Positions 1-14,282 of a stretch of 64,000 bases of DNA are shown in pieces; positions within the stretch are counted from its first letter, which is position 1, and every line of letters starts with the position of its first letter. This stretch comes from Scenedesmus sp. PABB004 (Eukaryota), in NCBI GenBank assembly GCA_014905635.1, contig JABVCE010000033.1, forward strand, positions 62,001 to 126,000, given 5' to 3'. Under the pieces are notes generated by a model, which had not been told where the DNA came from, did no database searches, and saw only the letters and a program-made list of their open reading frames with translations. A program made the position numbers and the translations under genes.

Positions 1-341
1 CGGGGCGGGCGCGTAGAAGGTCTCGGCCACGAGGTCGTTGCCCTGCGCGCGGCCGGGGCGGCGGCGGGCGTGGGCAGGCCGGGCCGGGGACGGGCGCCGC
101 GCCGCGCCGCGCACGCGTGCTGACGCCCGCGCTGCCAGGCCAGGCACCGCGGGCGGACCTGCAGCACGCGCTGCAGGTCCTCGGGCCCCGACAGCGTGAC
201 GATGGTCTGCGTGGTGACCAGCGGCAGCGCGCGCGAGCACGACGCGGCTGTGCAGCGCGGCGCGAGAGCTGCGCGGCGCCGCCGCTGCCACCGAGCGGGC
301 GCCGCCGCGGCTTGCCGCCGCGGGAGCGCGGTCCGCTGCAT
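1..341 (-). CDS. 5' part of a hypothetical protein with a transit-peptide-like N-terminus; truncated at the window edge
   Basis: ATG at 341; exon 341..159 encodes MQRTALPRR...[21 protein letters not shown] intron; next exon from 42 encodes [14 protein letters not shown] and runs off the edge. Confidence 0.5.
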   Translation of the reverse strand, partial: MQRTALPRRQAAAAPARWQRRRRAALAPRCTAASCSRALPLVTTQTIVTLSGPEDLQRVLQVRPRCLAWQRGRQHACAARRGARPRPGLPTPAAAPAARRATTSWPRPSTRPP

Positions 342-727
342 GCTGCCGTGGCCGTGGTCAGGAGCGGAGCTGCGGCACCGGGGGGCCTGCGCTGGGCGTG
401 GGAGGGCTCGGCGGGCGCGGGCGCGGCAGCGGCGCTGCTGCCCGGCGGCGATGCTGCGCGCGCAAGCTCGGCCCGCGCGCCCTTCCGCGGCTGTGGAGCG
501 TGACCGGGCAGCGCGTGAGGGGGCGCCATGGACACGGGGGCGAGTTTTTGGCACGCGAGGCGGGCATAACACCCTTCGAGGCCCCGCCGCGCGCCGCTGC
601 GCCGCCCAGTCGCCCCGCGCCCCGCCCACGCCGTGCTCGCACCGCCCCTCACGTCCCGGTACCCTGCGTCCCGCCCGGCGGCCGCTGCTCTCGCCGCGCG
701 GCGGCCGCCTGCCCCCGCCCGGCGCGA

Positions 728-1780
<1,053 letters not shown>

Positions 1781-1990
1781 TAGGCAGGCCCCCGACAGCG
1801 ACAGCGGCAGGAGCAGCGTAGCTAGGCCCGTGTGTGGATCGTGTGCATGTGTGTGACGCGCCGGGCGCGGCGCTGCAAAGCCCCCGACGCGCCGCCGGCT
1901 TTTCGCGACATGCCGGCGCATGCGCGCGGGCGGCTGCCCCCTTTGTACCCCTGACGCGCTCCCCTCTCTCTCCTTTTGTACCAACCCGAG

Positions 1991-1995
1991 TGTAA
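1991..1995 (+). terminator. TGTAA green-algal polyadenylation signal of the E2 gene
   Basis: TGTAA about 350 nt after the stop codon; this is the canonical chlorophyte near-upstream element. Confidence 0.55.
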
Positions 1996-2138
1996 AGTTG
2001 TGCGCCGCTCTCGTCACCTCGGCGCCCCCCCCGCGCGTCCGCGCCCACGCGCATCGCGTCGCCGCCAGCACCAGCCCGCGCGCCGCCCCCCCCCCCCCCC
2101 CCCCGCGCCGCCCCCAGCCCTTTGCACAGGGCGTGAGC

Positions 2139-5100
2139 TCACGCCTGGCCGCTGATGTAACCCCACAGCCCGGTGCCGCTGCCCTTCTTGCTCGCCGCCT
2201 CGGCCTCGGCGCGGCGGTGGAGCGCGAGCTGGCGCTCGAGGTCGGCCACCGTGCCGAGGCGCTCCGTGAGCTCCGCGACCTGGGCCTCGAGCCGCAGCGT
2301 CTTGCTCTGCTCCCCCGACAGCGCGCGCCTCGCCTCGTCCGCCGCCTGCGCGCGCGCGGCGCGGCGTGGGGGCGGCGTGGGCGGGGCGGCGTGGGCGGGG
2401 CGGCGTGGGCGGGCGAGGCGGGGCTGGGCTGGGCGGGGCGCGGGGGCGGCCCCGAGCGGCTGGCCGGCTCGCGCGGCCGCCGCACCCTCTCCGCCGCCGC
2501 GGCCTGCGCCTGCGCCGCCGCGAGCTGCTGCTGCAGCGCGTTGACCGCCGCCGCCGCCTCCTCCTTGGCCGCGTCGGCGGCGCCCGCCACGAGCTCCAGC
2601 TCCTGCCGCGCGGCAGCGAGGTCGCGCTTCAGCTGCTCCCGCGACAGCGCCAGCTCACGCAGCAGGTTTCCCTCGCGGCCCCCGCTGACGCCGTTGGGCA
2701 GGCCGGGGCCGTTGGCGTCCTGCGGTGCGGCGCACGCGCGGGCCCCAACCGGTCAGCAGACGAGTGTGACAGGCGGGCGCACCGCGCACGCCGCACCGCG
2801 CCCCACCCACCTTGCGGTCGGCCGCCTGCTGCTCCGGCTCCGCCGCCTCGCCCGGCTGCGCCGACGACTGCTGCTGCTGCAGCATCTGCTGCTGCGCCGC
2901 CGCCGCCGCCGCCGTCGGCGTGCCGCCGCCCGCCTGCTGCTGCGGCTGCTGCACCGCCGCCGCCGCCGCCGGCTGCGCCGGCTGGGCCTGCTGCTCCTGC
3001 GCCTGCTGCTGCTGCTGCGGCGGCGGCAGCTTGTAGACGCTGACGGCGTTGTGATACTTGCCGTTGTACCCACCAAACGCGACCAGCAGGTTGAGCTCGG
3101 GCGTGAAGCTGCGACGGGCGGCGCGGGCGCGGCGGGCGCGGCGGGCGCGGGAGCCGCTCAGGCGCCAGCGCCCGGCGGCGCGGCGCGCGGCGCGCGGCGC
3201 GCGGGGGGCCGCTCACAGCAGGCTGACGCCCTCGCTCGAGAGCGGCGAGCCGGGCGGCACGGAGCACACGCGGCGCCAGGAGACGCGGCCGGCGCGCAAC
3301 TCGCTCAGGTCGGCAACCACCATGTCAGTGCAGCCTGCGGCAGCGGCGGCGGTGTGGGTGGTGCGCGGCGGCAACGGCCGCGGCGGCGGCGCTGGCTCGC
3401 CGCTGCCAGAGGCGCCAGCCCCCCCCCCTTCTCACCCTTGACATTGTTGCCGCCGCCCAGGACGAACCAGGAATCGCCCACGAGCGCGGCGCTGTGGCCC
3501 GCGCGCGGCGACGGCGCGGGTCCGTGCACCTCGGGCTGGCTCCACGCGCCGCGCTGGACGTCGAGCTGCCAGACGTCGTTGAAGCAGCTCGCGATCGACC
3601 CGCCTGCGCGCAGGCGGCAGGGCGCGCGCGGCGCTCGGCACGCGGCGCTCGGCACGCGGCGCCGCCGCCGCGCCCAGAGTCCACACCGCACGCCGCCCGG
3701 GCCCGCGCCCCCGCGCGGCGCCTGCGGCGGCTCGGCGGCCTCACCGCCAAACACGAGCAGGCTGCCGCCGTGCAGCGTCGCGACGTGGCCGCTGCGCGCC
3801 GCGGGCTGCGCGCGGCCTGTGTACTCGAGCGCGCTCCAGGAGAGCTGCGCGAGATCCAGCACGTGCGCGTCACCCAGCGGCCGGCGGTGGCTGTCCTCAC
3901 CGCCGTAGACGATGACCCGATCGCCGCCGGGCAGCAGGCAGGCCTGCGCGCGGCGCGCGGCACGGCACGGCGCTCCAGCCGGCGCGGGCGGGCGGGCGGG
4001 CGGGCCGGCCGGGCGCCAGCCGGGCCCCCGTGGTCCCCCGGCGCGCGGGTTCGCACCGTGTGGCCGCCGCGCGCGCACGGCACGGCGCCGCTGGTTGCGA
4101 GGCTGCTCCAGGTGAGGCTGGGCAGGTCCACGAGCCACACCGATATGCGCGGGAGGCTCTGCCCCTTTTTCAGCTGCGCGGCGCGGGCGCGGGCGCGGCG
4201 GCGCGGTCGGCGCAGCGGTGGCGCGTAGCGCCGCCGCCCCGGCCGCCGCCGCCGCGGCTGCACCTTGCCCACTTTGGTGTGGCCCCCCATCACCAGCAGC
4301 TTGTCCGCGAGCGGCGTGACCGACCAGCCTGCCGCGGCGGGCGGCCCGACCGGCGCGAGCAGCGGCCCGGCCTCGCCGCCGCCCGGCTCGGCGGCCGCGG
4401 GCGGCGCCGCGCGCGGCGACGACCACTGCAGGCGCTGCAGGTTGTAGCACCACATGTCCTGCAAGTACCGCCCGCCTGCGCGCGCGGGCGCGCGCGCGGG
4501 CCGGGCGGCCCACACAGCGCACGCGCGCGTCAGCCCCGCCGCCGGCACACGCACACCGCCGCTGCGCTGCCGCGCTGCTGCGCTGCCGCGCTGCCGTGCG
4601 CCGCACCGTAGTGGCCACCCATGACGTACAGCTGGCTGCCGATCAGCGCCGCGCCCTGCTCGTAGCGCGGGAGCGGCTTCTTGGCGTCGTCCTGCTGGAT
4701 CACGACCCACGTGCCCTCCTGGAAGACGCTGCTGATCGACACGCCGCCCCCGTCGCCCGCGCCGCCGCCGGCGCCGGCGCCGCCGCCGTCGGCCTCGCCC
4801 GGCGGCGGCGCCGCGGGCATGCGCGTCCACCACTCCGGCTGCTCCTCGTCCAGCGTGCGCACAAAGAGGCGCATCGCCTCCATGTGGCTCATGTTCCCCA
4901 GCTGGCTCCAGCTCTGCCACTTGGCGGACTCCACGACTGTGGGCGCGCGCGCACGATGGCGGCGGGCGTCGGCCGCCGCCGCCGCCAGCGCCGGCGCGCC
5001 GGGCGAGCGCGGGGCGCCGCGGCGTGCGCGCACCGTTCCACGCCCACGGTTTGGCGTCCTTGCACGGCCCCTGCGTGGCCTGCTGGCCGAGCGAGTAGAA

Positions 5101-5467
5101 GAGCAGCCGCGTCTCGTCGGTGAAGCCCGCGTCTGCGGTGCGGCGGCGGCGGGCGGTTGGCGCGCACGACGGCGCCGCTGCTCGCGCGCGGCGCTCCGCT
5201 GCGAGGGGCCCACCTGGCGTGCCCGCCACGAACGCCATGGCCGCGTGGAAGCGTTCGGGGTAGGGGAGCGGGCAGCAGGCCGCGCCGCCCTGTTTGGGCG
5301 GGCGAGCGGCAGCGCGCGGCGTGTGCAGGCCGACGCCCCCGGCCTGCTGGCGCCGCCGCAGCGCCTGCCGCGCGACGTGGCGACGTCCTGGTCGCAGACG
5401 GAGCCGGGGAGGGCAGCGTCGCGGCCTGGCGGGCCCGCACCTCGCTCGTCGCGCCCGGCATCGACAT
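2139..5467 (-). CDS. ACBP4: Acyl-CoA-binding domain plus Kelch-repeat protein (plant ACBP4/5-like), multi-exon
   Basis: LPYPERFHAA, LLFYSLGQQATQGPC, KWQSWSQLGNMSHMEAMRLFVRTLDEE (ACB domain); Kelch repeats PRYEQGAALIGSQLYVMGG, PCARGGH, ARSGHVA, PSPRAGHSAALVGDSWFVLGGGNN; C-terminal coiled coil ending GLWGYISGQA*. The first exon MSMPGATSE (5467..5441) is inferred. Confidence 0.88.
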
Positions 5468-5685
5468 CTCGCCCGGGGACACGCGAACCGCTGCCGCGGG
5501 GCGGCGGGCTGTCGAGCTCCTGGACTGCCCGCTGGCTGGCCGGCGAGCTGGCGGTGCTGGCTCCCCGGCGGCGGCGGCGCGCGGCTGCGCCGCGGGCGGT
5601 TGAGGGCCAAGCCCAAGCCCCGTTGCACGGGCGCGGCCGAGACCGCCCGCGGCCGGGCACGCGCGGCGCCGCCGCCGCCGCCGCC

Positions 5686-7608
5686 TCACTCGGCGTCGTC
5701 GATGACGCCGTCGACGTACGCCGCAAACGCCTGCGTGCACGTGAAGTCGCGCAGCCAGGCGCGGTCGCGCGGGTGCGCCGCCTCGAGCAGGCTGTCGCGC
5801 ATGAAGACGCCCGTGCGCTGCGCCATGCCGACGTTGACGATGGTGTGCAGCCGCAGGTCCCCGCACACGGCCGCGAGGAAGCCGTGCGTCGTGCTCAGCA
5901 GCGCGGCCGCCGCCGCCTCCTCGCCCGGCGAGAGCAGGTGCACGGGGCGCTCGCACGCGAGCGGCGCCGCCGCCGCGAGCGCGGCGTGGTGCGGCGCGAG
6001 CGCGGCGGCGAGCGCGCGCGCGTTGGGCAGGGCGGGCATGGGCGCCGACTTGACGGCGTCCTTGTACACGTTGACGCGCGTCAGCCCGCCGCACCTGCGG
6101 CCGGCCGGCAGGGCCGTGCGCCGCGCCCTGTCAGCCGGAGGGTGGGGGTGCAGCGCGCGCACGGCGGCGGCGGCCTCGCGCGCGCAGCGGCGGCCGCGCC
6201 GCGCCGCGGGCCCCCGCGGCGGCGCACCGCGCGGCCACGCTCGGCGTCTTGTACTGCACGCCCAGCACAAAGGGCACGGGGGCGTCCAGGAAGCCGAGCA
6301 TCGGCCCGGGCGTGACGGGCAGCATGAGGCTGTGCCACGCAAACGGGCGCAGCAGCGGCACAAGCGACAGCACGACCGCGCACAGCGTGCCGAGGTGGGG
6401 GCAGAACACCACGAGCTGCTTCTCCAGCAGCGCCGCGTTGAGCATGGCCAGGATGCTGTCAAGCGACAGCGACCTGCGGCCGCGATGCGGCGGCGGGCGG
6501 CGGGCGCGGACGCGGCAGCGTTGGCGGCGGCGGGGCGGCGGCGACGCGGCCGCGTTGGCGGCGGCGGGGCGGCGGCGACGCGGCCGCGCGCGCGGCCCCC
6601 GGCGCGCGCGCGCCTGCACAGCGCCGCGACCGTCCACAGCTCCAGCTGCTGCGCGCTCTCCGCCTCGGCAAAGGCGAGAAGGTCGTGCGCGAGGCGCGCG
6701 CGCCCCGGCGTCGCGGTGGCGGCCAGCGGCAGCGCGCGCTCAAACTCCAGGCGGTACAGGTCGCCCAGCATGAGGCGGTACGTCTCCCCTGGCGCGGGCA
6801 CGGGGCTTGCGCGGTACGCTGCGAGCAGCGACGCGCTGTCCGCCTGGACGAGGTGGCTGAGCGTGCTGCACAGCCCCGCGGGCAGGTCGCACGACCTGCG
6901 GCGGCGCGGCGGGGCAGCGGGTCGGCGCTGCTGCCGCTGCACGGAAGGGCGAGGGCGGCCGCCGCCGCCGCGGCAGCTGCTGGCTGGCGCCACGGGGCCG
7001 CGCTGCGGGCGGCGTGCCCCCCCCCCCCCCCCGCACTCACCTCCGCAGGGCGACCTCGTCAAACAGCGCGCTGCGCCGCCCGCTGGACGCGCGTGCCGCC
7101 AGCGCCGGCTCGCCCTCGGGCGCCGCGCCGCCGCTGCCGGCGCTGGGGATGGCGCCGCCGATGGTGATGCTGGCGCGGCTGCGGCTGCGCTCCGGCGGCG
7201 CGCACACCACCGGCGGCGGCAGCACGTCGCTGCCGCCCGCGCTGCTGCTCGCGCGGGCGCACTGGCTGCCGTGACCGCTCGCAGCCCGGCTGCCGCCCGC
7301 CGCCTCGGGCAGCCCGCAGCTGCTGCTGCGCCGCATGTCAGCCCCGTCCAGCGCCGCGAGCGCGCCGACGCCCGCCGACGACGCTCGCGCGGGCACGTCG
7401 GCGCCGCCGCCGCTGGCGTCCGGCTGCGGGCTGGCGGCACGCGACGCCGCGTCGACAAAGGGCGCCGTGGAGGCAGCGATGGCAGCAAAGGCACTCACGA
7501 GCTTCTGCGAGGCGCGGTCAGAGCCACCGCCGCTGCTCGCGGCCGGCTGCCGCGGCTCGGCCTTGAGCGCCCCGTCGGCGTGCCCGTTTGCCTCCTCGTG
7601 CTGCGGCA

Positions 7609-7639
<31 letters not shown>

Positions 7640-8007
7640 ATCCTGCTCCTGCTGCTGCTCCTGCTCCTGCGCCTGCTGCTGGGGCTGCTGCTCCGGCGCA
7701 GGCGGCTCCGGCTCCAGCTGCTCCAGCGCCGAGTGGAAGCTGCTGGCGATGCTCGTCGTGCGGCCGTGCCCCGGCGCGCTGGCGGCGGCGCCGGCTGCCT
7801 CGGCCGCCTCGGCCGCCTGCGGGGCGCCGACGCTGCCGACGCTGCTGCTGCTCGCCACGCTCTTGAAGCTGCGCAGCGGCCGCATGTCCGGGTCGTCGTA
7901 CGCCGCCGCCGCCGCGCTGGTCAGCGCCTGCGGCGGACGCTGCGCCAGCTGCCCGAGCTGCTGCGGCTGCCGCTGCTCGTGTTCTGGACCGGAAGGCGCC
8001 AGGTCCA

Positions 8008-8044
<37 letters not shown>

Positions 8045-8859
8045 AGGCGGCAGCGGCGGCGACGACGGCGTCTCCTGCTGTGGCTGCTGCGGCGGCGGCT
8101 CCTGCTGCTGCGGCTGCTGCTGCGGCTGCCGCAGCTGCCCCCCGCCGCTGCCCGGCTGCTGCCCGCTTGCCGCGAACGTGAGCGACGAGCGGCTGGCGCG
8201 CTTGAGCAGCGACGCCAGCCCGCCGGACGCGCGCGGCCCGCCGCTGCCGTCGGCGGACACGCGGCCGCTGGCGGGCGGGCTGGGCTTGGGCGCCCACGCG
8301 TCCCACATGCGCTGCACCATGGAGGCCTGCGGCGCGGCGTGGGCGGCGTGTCAGGAGAGCTGTGCAGCGCCGGCCAGGCGCCCGCAGCCACCGCCGCAGC
8401 CCCCCTCACCGCCGCGCCGCACGGCCGCGCGCACACACCTCTGGCTGCTCCGCCCCCGGCGCCGCCCCGCCTGTTGCAGGCTGCTGCTCCGCACCCTCGA
8501 CCGCCAGCTCCGGCGCGCCCGACGCGCCGCCGCGGATCGCAGCGACAACGCTCTGCCAGGCGGCCCAGCGTTGGTCGCCCTCCGCCGGCGCGGGCGGCAC
8601 GGGCGGCTGCTTGCCAGCAGCGTCCGCGGCGCCGGGCGCCGCCGCGTCGTCAAAGCTGGCCGCCTCGGCGGCCACGGCGTCAAACAGCGCCCCTCCGCCG
8701 CCGCTGTCGCCGCTCGCCGCGCCGGCTGCGCCCGCGCCCGCGGCCCATGCCTTGGACGCTGCAAAGCCGGCGGCTGCACCCTGCGGCGCCTGCGCGACGC
8801 CCGCCGCCGCGACCGGCGCTCCTGGCGCCTCGCTGCCGCCGGGCTGGGACGGCACGGGC

Positions 8860-8894
<35 letters not shown>

Positions 8895-11285
8895 CTCGAC
8901 GCTCAATCGGCTGCTGCTCGGCCGGCCGGCCCGCAGCTCGCGCCCGCACACCTCGCACTGCCCCGGCCGCAGCCGCGGCTGCAGCGGCTGCACGGCGCTG
9001 GCCCCTGGGCACATGTCTGCAATGAGGCCCGCGCACTCGGGGCAGTACGCGACCTCGCGGCCGTGCGGGGCGTGGGCGCCGCCGCCCGGCGCCGACGCGC
9101 GGCCACCGCCGCCGCCGCCGCCGCTCGCGCCCGCCGGCACCGGCAGGTCCAGGGCCGCCGGCGTGCTGCGTCGGCTCGCGCGCGGCGCAGACGCCGCGCC
9201 GCCCCGACCGTGCTGGTGCTGCTGCTGCTCCGGCTGCTCGGACTGCTGCTGCTGCTGCTCCGGCTGCTGCTGCTGCTGCTGCTCCGGCTGCTCCGGCTGC
9301 TGCTGCTCCGGCTGCGCGGGGCCGAGGCGGCTCTTCTCACCGTCATACTCCAGCAGCCGCTCCAGGCGCTCCAGGTCGGTCACAACCTTCAGCACCTGAC
9401 CCCCGCGGCAGGGGGCGGGGCGGGGCGGCGGCGGCGGCGCGGCGCTCGGCGGCTCCCTCGGCGGCGCTCCGTCCCTCCCTCCCTCGCGCGCGGCGAGTCG
9501 GCCAACGACTGCCGCCCCAGCTCAGCCCCCGGGCGCGGCGGCCAGGGCGGCCCGGCCCACCCTGAAGTGCAGCGCAAAGAAGGGGAACCGGGACAGCAGG
9601 CAGTAGCAGCGCGGCGCCGCGATGAGCACGTCCCTGAACGGCGCGCCGCAGGCCGGGTACCGCCCCGCCGCGAGGTAGGGCGGGCGGTGCAGCGCCTCGC
9701 TGCTGTACCAGCAGCAGCCATAGAGTGGGAAGTTCCCCGCCACCTGCGGAGGGGGGCCACGGCGGGCGGACAGGGCGGGCGACGCGGGGCGGGTGATGCG
9801 GGGCGGGTGATGCGGGGCGGCGCGGAGCGGGTGGGCGCGCCGCCGCCGCCGGCGCCGCCGCCGCCGGCGCCGCCGCGGCGAGCGGAGCGGTGCGACGCCC
9901 CGAGCCCCGGCGCCGCCCGGCCGTGCCCCGCCGCGCCGCGCCTTGAGCATGAATACGCTGCACTGCTGCGCCGCGTCGCTGTCGCGGCCCATGACGAGCT
10001 CGTCCAGCGCAGACAGGCTCGGGCTGCGCCGCACCCGGCTCGGGCACACGCCTGCGCGCGCGAGGCGGCGCGCGGGCGGCGCGTCGGCGGCGGCGGGGCG
10101 GAGCCGGGGTCGGCGCGTCGGCTGCGGCGGCGGGGGCGGCCCGGGCACCGCGCACCCGCTGGGAAGGCGAGCGCGGCGACCTCGTCGTCGCTGATGGGCG
10201 CACGGCTGCCGGGCGGGAAGCGGTACAGCACCTGGCGGGGCAGGCAGGGCGCGGGGTGCGCCGGGTGGCGCCTGGGTGCGCGCCCTGACGCTGCGGCGGG
10301 CGCCGCGGCGCACACGGGCGCGCACCTGCGGCGTGAAGGCGGGCCGTGGCGGCTGCATGTGCTCGCGCGCGTGCTCCGAGTCAGAGTCTGAGTCGGGCTG
10401 GTGGCCGTGGTGGTGCCGCTGCTGCTTGCGCTCTCGCTCTGCGAGCCGGCGCGCGCGGGGGCGTCGGGGCACGCGCTGCTGCCGCTGCCGCCGCCGCCGC
10501 GGCGCCGTCGCTGCCGCGCCGACCAGCGCCCGCAGCCGGGGGGGGGGGGGGGGCAGCTCACCGCAGAGCTGCTCCGCCACTTGCGTCACTGCAATGTCGG
10601 GCGGCAGGCCCTGCGGCGCGGCGCGGCGCGGCGCGGCTCCCTCTGCGGCCGCCGCTGCCGGCATCGCGCGCGCCGCCGCTGCTGGCTGACTGACTGCCAC
10701 CCGCTCGTTGCCTGCGCTGCGGGCAGCGGCCAGCGGCCAGGGCCCGAGCAGCTGCAGCTCACCAGAACAAAGAGGCACTCAAAGATGTGCTCCGGCCAGG
10801 CCACAGCGACGCCCGCCCCCGCCACCTCCTTCTGCTGCTCCAGCCATTGCCGCTGCGCGGCGCGGCAGCGCGGCAGCGCGGCAGCGCGGTGCCGGTCGGC
10901 GCGCCGCCGCAGCAGCGCGGGCGCCGGCGCCGCACGCGCACGCCCCGCGCGGCCGCCCCGCGGCCCCGCCGGCCGCCCGGGCGCGCGCACCTTCTGCTCC
11001 GTGACGGCCTCCGGGTCGAACCAGGGCTCGCTGCCCAGCGGCTTCTCCCTCTGCGCGCCGTCGGTTGCGCCGGTTGCGGCGCGCCGCCGCCTCAACAACC
11101 CGCGCCGCCGCGCCGCACGCGCCGGGCGGGTGCCCACGCGCGCAATGCACTCCCACCTTGAACAGCCCCGCCGCCCAGCGGCCCCACTTGCGCGCGCTGG
11201 ACGCGGACGGCCCGGAGGGGCTCGGCCCCGCGCCGGCGCCGCGCGGCGAGCCCCCGCCGGCGTCCGAGCCGCCCGTCACGCTCAT
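5686..11285 (-). CDS. DENN-domain (uDENN/cDENN) Rab-GEF-like protein, multi-exon, with a long low-complexity insertion
   Basis: EHIFECLFVL|GLPPD, PQVLYRFP, LYGCC, APRCYCLLSRFPFFALHFRV, LNAALLEKQLVVFCPHLGTL...LVPLLRPFAWHSLMLPV..GFLDAPVPFVLG, FTCTQAFAAYVD. Confidence 0.85.
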
Positions 11286-11617
11286 GGCGTGCGAAGAATG
11301 CGGCGCGCCGGCGGCTCAGGCGCGACCATGGGGCGCGTGCTGCTACTGCTGCGCGCCCGGAGGGGCTCGGGCGGCGCGTGGCGCGTGTCGGCCGGCGCGC
11401 TGGGATGCCTGGCCGCCGTCCCGAGCGCGCGCGGCGTCCCGGGATGCGCCACGAGTTCGAGGTGCAGCGGCGCAGCGCCCGGTCCGCTGCCCGCGCTGGC
11501 GAGCATCAATTGGTCCGCGCCCCGGCCGTCGCGCACACGTCGACGCCGCGCCGCACCACGCACCAGCCGCCGCACGCCCACGCGCAGACCGGCTCCCGGC
11601 GCAGCGCGCCGCTCGCG

Positions 11618-14251
11618 ATGCAGGCCCGCGCCGCGCCCACGCGGGCGGGCAGCCGCCAGGCGGCGGCCCCGGCCTGGTGCCCACGCTGGGCAACGTCCTC
11701 GCCGGCGCGCCGCGCCCCAGCGCCCTCCCCGCGCGCCAGCAGCGGCCCGCGCGCGGCGTGGCGCGGAGCGCGGGGCGCAGCGTCACCGCGCACAGGTGAT
11801 CACGCGCTGAGCGCCCCCATTCCGCGACCCGGGGCGCCACGCCGCCCGATCAGCGGCGCCGGGGCCGCGGCGCGCCCCGGCGGCGGCGCGCGCGCGCGCG
11901 CGCGGGAGCGCGCGGCAGCGCCCGCGCGCGATCGCGCGCCGCCGCGCCCCCCGCGCCCGGCGCCGGCGCGCGGGCGGCCCCGGGGCGGCGCCCCACACCC
12001 CTGCGGCCGCGGCGCGGCCGCAATGCGCCCCGCGCCGCGCCGCCGGGGCGCCGCCGCGCGGCGCGCCCACGCCGACGCGCCCGCGCGCCGCCCCCGCCCC
12101 CGCTCCCTCCAGGGCCATGGCCGTGCTTGAGAAGCCGACCATCCAGTACTCGGAGCTCTCGCGCGCCAAGTCGAGCTCCGTGCTCGGTGCGCCGCCTCCC
12201 TCTCTCCCCCCGCGCGCTGCGGGCTCCCTCTCCCGCCCTCCTCCCCCGCGCCGGCGCACCGCCCCCACCCACCCGCCCGCCCGCCTCGCGTGCCCGCACT
12301 CCCTCCCTGTCGCCTCGCGCCCGCCCAGCCATCATCCTCGGCGGCGGCGCGGGCACGCGGCTCTACCCGCTGACCAAGCAGCGCGCCAAGCCCGCGGTGC
12401 CCATCGGCGGTGCGTACCGCCTCATTGACGTCCCCATGTCCAACTGCATCAACTCAGGCATCTCCAAGGTGCGGGCAGGCAGCGCGGCGAGACACCGTGG
12501 CGCCCGCTGGCAGCAGCGTGCCTGCCGTGGTGACAGCGCGCCTGCCGACGCCCGCGGCGGCCGCCGGGGGCCGCGCCGCGCGCACGCGCGCGCGCTCCGG
12601 GGGCTGGCCAGCGGGGGCGCGCCAGCAGGGCGGGCGCGGGCGAGCGGCGCCTCACCGCTTGCCGCCCCCGCCCGCCTGCTCCCGCCTGCTCCCGCCCGCC
12701 TCCCGCCTGCTCCTGCCCGCCTGCTCCCGCCTGCTCCCGCCTGCTCCCACCTGCCTCCCGCCTGCCTGCCTGCAGATCTACATCCTCACCCAGTTCAACT
12801 CCACCTCGCTCAACCGCCACCTCGCCCGCACCTACAACATGGGCAGCGGCGTGCGCTTCGGCGGCGAGGGCTTTGTGGAGGTGCTGGCCGCCACGCAGGT
12901 GCGCGGCGGGGCACACCGGGGCGCAGCAGCGGGGCGGGGGCGGCCCGGCGGCGCGCGCGGCGCGCGCGGCGCGCGCGGGGCGCCCGCGCCAGGAGGCGGG
13001 GCGAGGGCGAGGGCGAGGGCGAGGGCCGCCGCGCCGGCGGCCGCGGGTGGCGCAGCAGCTGCAGCAGCGGCCGCGGTTGACGCAGCAGCTGCAGCGCCCC
13101 GCCACGCCCGGCGCGCCGTGCCTCGTGCCGCGCGGCCGGTCGGCGCGGCCGCTCCATAGTGTCCTCTGCTCGCACTGCGGCTGGGCACGACGGAGCAGCG
13201 GCGCCGGCCGGCCGCGCGGCACGCACGCACCGGCGCCGGCGGCGCCCGCTCGTCGCCGCGCCTGCGCCCACGCCGCCGGCACCGGCGCCGCCCGCGCACC
13301 CGCGCCACGCCCACGCCGCCCGCGCCGCCGCGCACTCGCAGACGCCGACCGACAAGGAGTGGTTCCAGGGCACCGCCGACGCGGTGCGCCAGTACGCGTG
13401 GCTGCTGACCGACACCAAGAACCGGTCCATCGAGGACGTGGTCATCCTCTCCGGCGACCACCTGTGCGCGACGCTTGCACCCTCTGCGCCGTGCCGCGCC
13501 GCGGGCAGCGCGCCGTGCGCGCACTCGCGACCGCCGCGCCGCGCCCTGCCCCGCCCTCCCAACCCGTCCCTCCTCACCCCCTGCCTCTCGACCCCTCGCT
13601 CCCGCCCTGCCGCCCCTGCCCCGCCGCCCCGTGTCATCCAACCGCCTCACATCCAACCGCCCCACATCCAACCGCCTCACGCCACCTCAACACCACGTCC
13701 ACAGGTACCGCATGGACTACATGCAGTTTGTCGACTACCACCGCAGCAGCGCCGCCGACATCACCATCGGCTGCATCGCCTACGACGAGAAGCGCGCGAG
13801 CGACTTCGGGCTCATGAAGGTGCGCGGGCGATGCGGCGCGATGCGGCGCGATGCGGCGCGATGCGGCGCGCGTGGGATGCGGCGCGGCGCGCAGCGTGCG
13901 GCGGCGCCCGCCGCGCCCGCTGCCGCGCGCGCTGTGGGCCGCGCTGTGAGCCGCGCGCGCGCCCCGGCCCACGCCACGCTTCGCCCCTGCGCCGGACCCG
14001 CGCCGCCGCGCCGCCGCGCTGCCGCCGCCGCGCAGATCGACGACAACCGCCGCGTGCTGAGCTTTGCGGAGAAGCCCAAGGGCGCTGAGCTGGAGTCGAT
14101 GCGCGTCGACACGACCGTGCTGGGCCTGAGCGCGGAGGAGGCGGCGGCCAAGCCCTTCATCGCGAGCATGGGCATCTACGTCTTCAAGAAGGGCGTCCTC
14201 GGTGAGGGGGGCTTAGCAGTAATAGTAATGATAATAATAATAATAATAATG

Positions 14252-14282
<31 letters not shown>

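Noticed and set aside
1..230. Thioredoxin-like appearance ([20 protein letters not shown])
   Set aside because: The gene is truncated at the window edge and no WCxxC motif is visible, so the family call is unsupported.
2086..2104. Long C/G homopolymers (also near 7016, 10538, 22236, 33718) as G-quadruplex elements
   Set aside because: Such runs are common in introns and UTRs at this composition and their length is unreliable in assemblies; there is no specific evidence of function.
5294..9025. 1243-aa plus-strand ORF and many other long R/A/P-rich ORFs in the track
   Set aside because: They are antisense or shadow frames of real genes; stop codons are rare at this GC content and they carry no family motifs.
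12668..13870. Short intronic tandem repeats (cctgctcccg; catccaaccgcctca; gcgatgcggc)
   Set aside because: They look like ordinary slippage minisatellites, with no shared motif or element boundaries.
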